Below, piece by piece: positions 63,703 to 64,000 of a DNA stretch of 64,000 nucleotides. The notes beneath the pieces were generated by a model that saw nothing but the letters and a program-made list of their open reading frames with translations, was not told the DNA's origin and searched no databases. The position numbers and the translations under genes were made by a program. Location: IMG/VR virus record IMGVR_UViG_3300044733_004704, positions 67,023 to 131,022 of that record, one strand, 5' to 3'. This DNA comes from a virus. Its lineage: Duplodnaviria > Caudoviricetes. Positions within the stretch are counted from its first letter, which is position 1. Each line of letters starts with the position of its first letter.

Positions 63703-63939
63703 ATGACCGTTAACGAACTGATTGAGCAGTTGAAGAGTTATCCATCAGATATGAGGGTTCTTACTCTTGGTTATGAGGGTGGGTATGATGATATCAACCT
63801 CAAGACTAAGGATATTATTTTCAATGTGAATAGTAAGGATACTTGGTATCTTGGTAGCCATGACGAACCGGGCATGGTGAATAATATGGATAATGATGAA
63901 ACCGGAACAAAGTGTGTTGTTATTGTGAGAACAGCATGA
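63703..63939 (+). CDS. hypothetical phage protein
   Basis: AAGGAG RBS; MTVNELIEQLKSYPSDMRV..GYEGG; promoter TTGACT-N16-TATAAT at 63657-63684. Confidence 0.7.
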   Translation: MTVNELIEQLKSYPSDMRVLTLGYEGGYDDINLKTKDIIFNVNSKDTWYLGSHDEPGMVNNMDNDETGTKCVVIVRTA

Positions 63940-64000
63940 AAGTTTACGTTGTATTTGATATTCCCGGTATTGATCCAGACGATGAAGATGCTGACGAGAT
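63936..64000 (+). CDS. hypothetical protein, partial
   Basis: ATGA overlap; MKVYVVFDIPGIDPDDEDADE open to the window end. Confidence 0.45.
   Translation, partial: MKVYVVFDIPGIDPDDEDADE

Overview
A segment of a large tailed-phage (Caudoviricetes) genome with two very different halves. From 1 to ~55.8 kb it is AT-rich and almost all minus strand: the virion and packaging module. Read right to left it holds a sigma-factor-like gene, gmd, HNH and ERCC4 nucleases, terminase large subunit, portal, protease/scaffold, decoration protein, major capsid, a free-standing homing endonuclease, fibres, neck proteins, tail tube, chaperones, a 4746-aa tape measure protein carrying enzyme-like cargo domains, and tail-tip proteins. 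A short plus-strand island encodes fcl and a GNAT. From ~55.9 kb to the end the DNA is GC-richer and plus strand, with many tiny ORFs and dense promoters (an early/accessory region). This part has three striking non-coding systems. (1) Seven copies of an exactly 82-bp element (11-7-11 palindrome, 24 bp, 11-7-11 palindrome), each sitting between an ORF end and the next promoter and so dividing the region into cassette-like units. (2) A duplicated sigma54-type promoter module with enhancer-like palindromes. (3) A ~750-nt promoter-driven array of structured RNAs separated by A/C-rich linkers, four of them tRNA-like cloverleaves with enlarged arms and one ending in CCA. All calls are by eye; no database searches or folding programs were run. 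A Planctomycetota-like host is a weak inference.
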